From Lama glama (Eukaryota), in assembly GCA_028534125.1 (NCBI GenBank), contig CM052827.1:67332001-67396000 (forward strand): DNA of 64,000 nucleotides. Direction: 5' to 3'. Of this stretch, positions 62,890-64,000 are shown one piece after another. The notes under the pieces are model-generated. The model did not search any database. It saw only the letters and a list, made by a program, of their open reading frames with translations, and was not told the DNA's origin. Positions within the stretch are counted from its first letter, which is position 1, and the number at the start of each line of letters is the position of its first letter. The translations under genes were made by a program, and so were the position numbers.

Positions 62890-63545
62890 TACATCAGAAG
62901 TTGAGAATTATTAGGAAGAAAAATAAGGCAGGGAGGGGACATGGGGAGTGCAGGAGATAGTGGGTTCCTTTTTCACATAGGATGACCTGGGAGGGCCTCT
63001 TCTGGGTGGCATTTGAAGAAGACACCGAAGGAAGTGATCAACTGAGGGGAGGTGTCCCAGGCAGAAGGATCAGAAAGTGCAAGTGCCTTGAAGCAAGAGC
63101 ACACTTGTCTTTTTAAGGAGCAGCAAGGAGGTCAATGTGGCTTGAGTGACATATTCCAGGGGGGGGTGTTAGGAGATGAGATCCAAAAAGACAGGGCTTC
63201 AGATCTTATAAGTCACTGTAAAGACCTGAGGTGTAGCTCTGAGCAAGGTGAGAAACCACGGGAGGACTCCGAGCAGATGACTGGCAAGGTCCTTCGAAAT
63301 GGTTGTGTGATAAGAATAAACTCAGGGGTGAGGGGAGGCTGGGAGGGCGAAACCAGCCAGGACAGAAGCGGAGAGGTGAGTTAGCAGGCTGTTTCGGTGG
63401 TTTGGACAAGAGTTGTGGCAATGGTGAGAGATGGCCGGTCTGGATAGATTTTTAAAGTAGAGCCAAGAGGATTTGCTGGTGGCTTAGATGTGGGAATATG
63501 AGGGAAAGAAAGAAGTCAAGAGTGAGTGAGTGTTTAGCCTGAGCT
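62890..63545 (-). mobile_element. L2a-type LINE fragment
   Basis: ccaggcagaaggatcagaaagtgcaagtgccttga...ctggatagatttttaaagtagagccaagaggatttgctg...agaagtcaagagtga is antisense L2. Confidence 0.85.
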
Positions 63546-64000
63546 CTGCTAGGATTCGAACTCAGGGAATGTTGTTCCAGTGCCTGCAAGCCTTGCAGCC
63601 GCCCCCCTCCCAGGGCTCCGCTGATGGTCACTGCCGACGCCGGTCCGTCCAGCCCAGCATGCTGGCAGACCCGCCCCTCCAGGAATCAGCCTGGCTCACC
63701 TGCCCCTTCCCTCCAAAACCTGCTGCTCCCACCTTATCACCTCTTGTCAAACCTCGTTTCTGCCTTTCTGCCCAGTTCCTTTGGCCTTGGGCTTCTTTTG
63801 GACCCTCTGGTCCTCACTCCGCCTTTGTCCATGTCCTCTGCACCCCTTGCCCAGCTCCATGCCCTGAAGTCTTAGGCTACTGCTAACTCACACCTTTGCA
63901 ACAAACCCCAGGTCTGGAAAGGTCATGACAGCTTACACTGACCAGGCGAGAGGTGCAGAAAATCAAGTTGCAAGCCAAGACCTCCGGGTACGGCCATGCT

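Overview
This is mammalian genomic DNA, very probably camelid (alpaca/camel): two tRNA-derived SINEs have the Vic-1-type body and tail, and two cetartiodactyl-type L1 3' ends are present. The window is GC-rich with unusually weak CpG depletion and six N gaps. I found no recognisable intact protein-coding gene. The only ORFs with clear homology are decayed LINE-1 ORF1/ORF2 fragments; the other ORF-track entries look like chance ORFs or run across gaps. The sequence is a mosaic of old repeats (L1M, HAL1-like, L2, MIR, MER5A, MER45, Tigger1-derived, MER21, MLT1, MER74/54-like LTR), two minisatellites and several microsatellites. It also has a CpG-island promoter-like element (~50.4-51.0 kb), a smaller promoter-like CpG patch (~24.7-24.9 kb) and several motif-dense enhancer-like blocks. 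The best leads are: (1) patchy AT->GC rewriting of repeats, consistent with GC-biased gene conversion; (2) a possibly bidirectional CpG-island promoter with candidate spliced transcripts on both strands, one possibly encoding a 32-aa single-pass micropeptide; (3) compact PBX/HOX/MEIS, ONECUT/HNF1/FOX and NF-kB/CRE motif modules. None is a demonstrated new system. Repeat names come from remembered consensus sequences and boundaries are approximate; they need RepeatMasker/Dfam confirmation.
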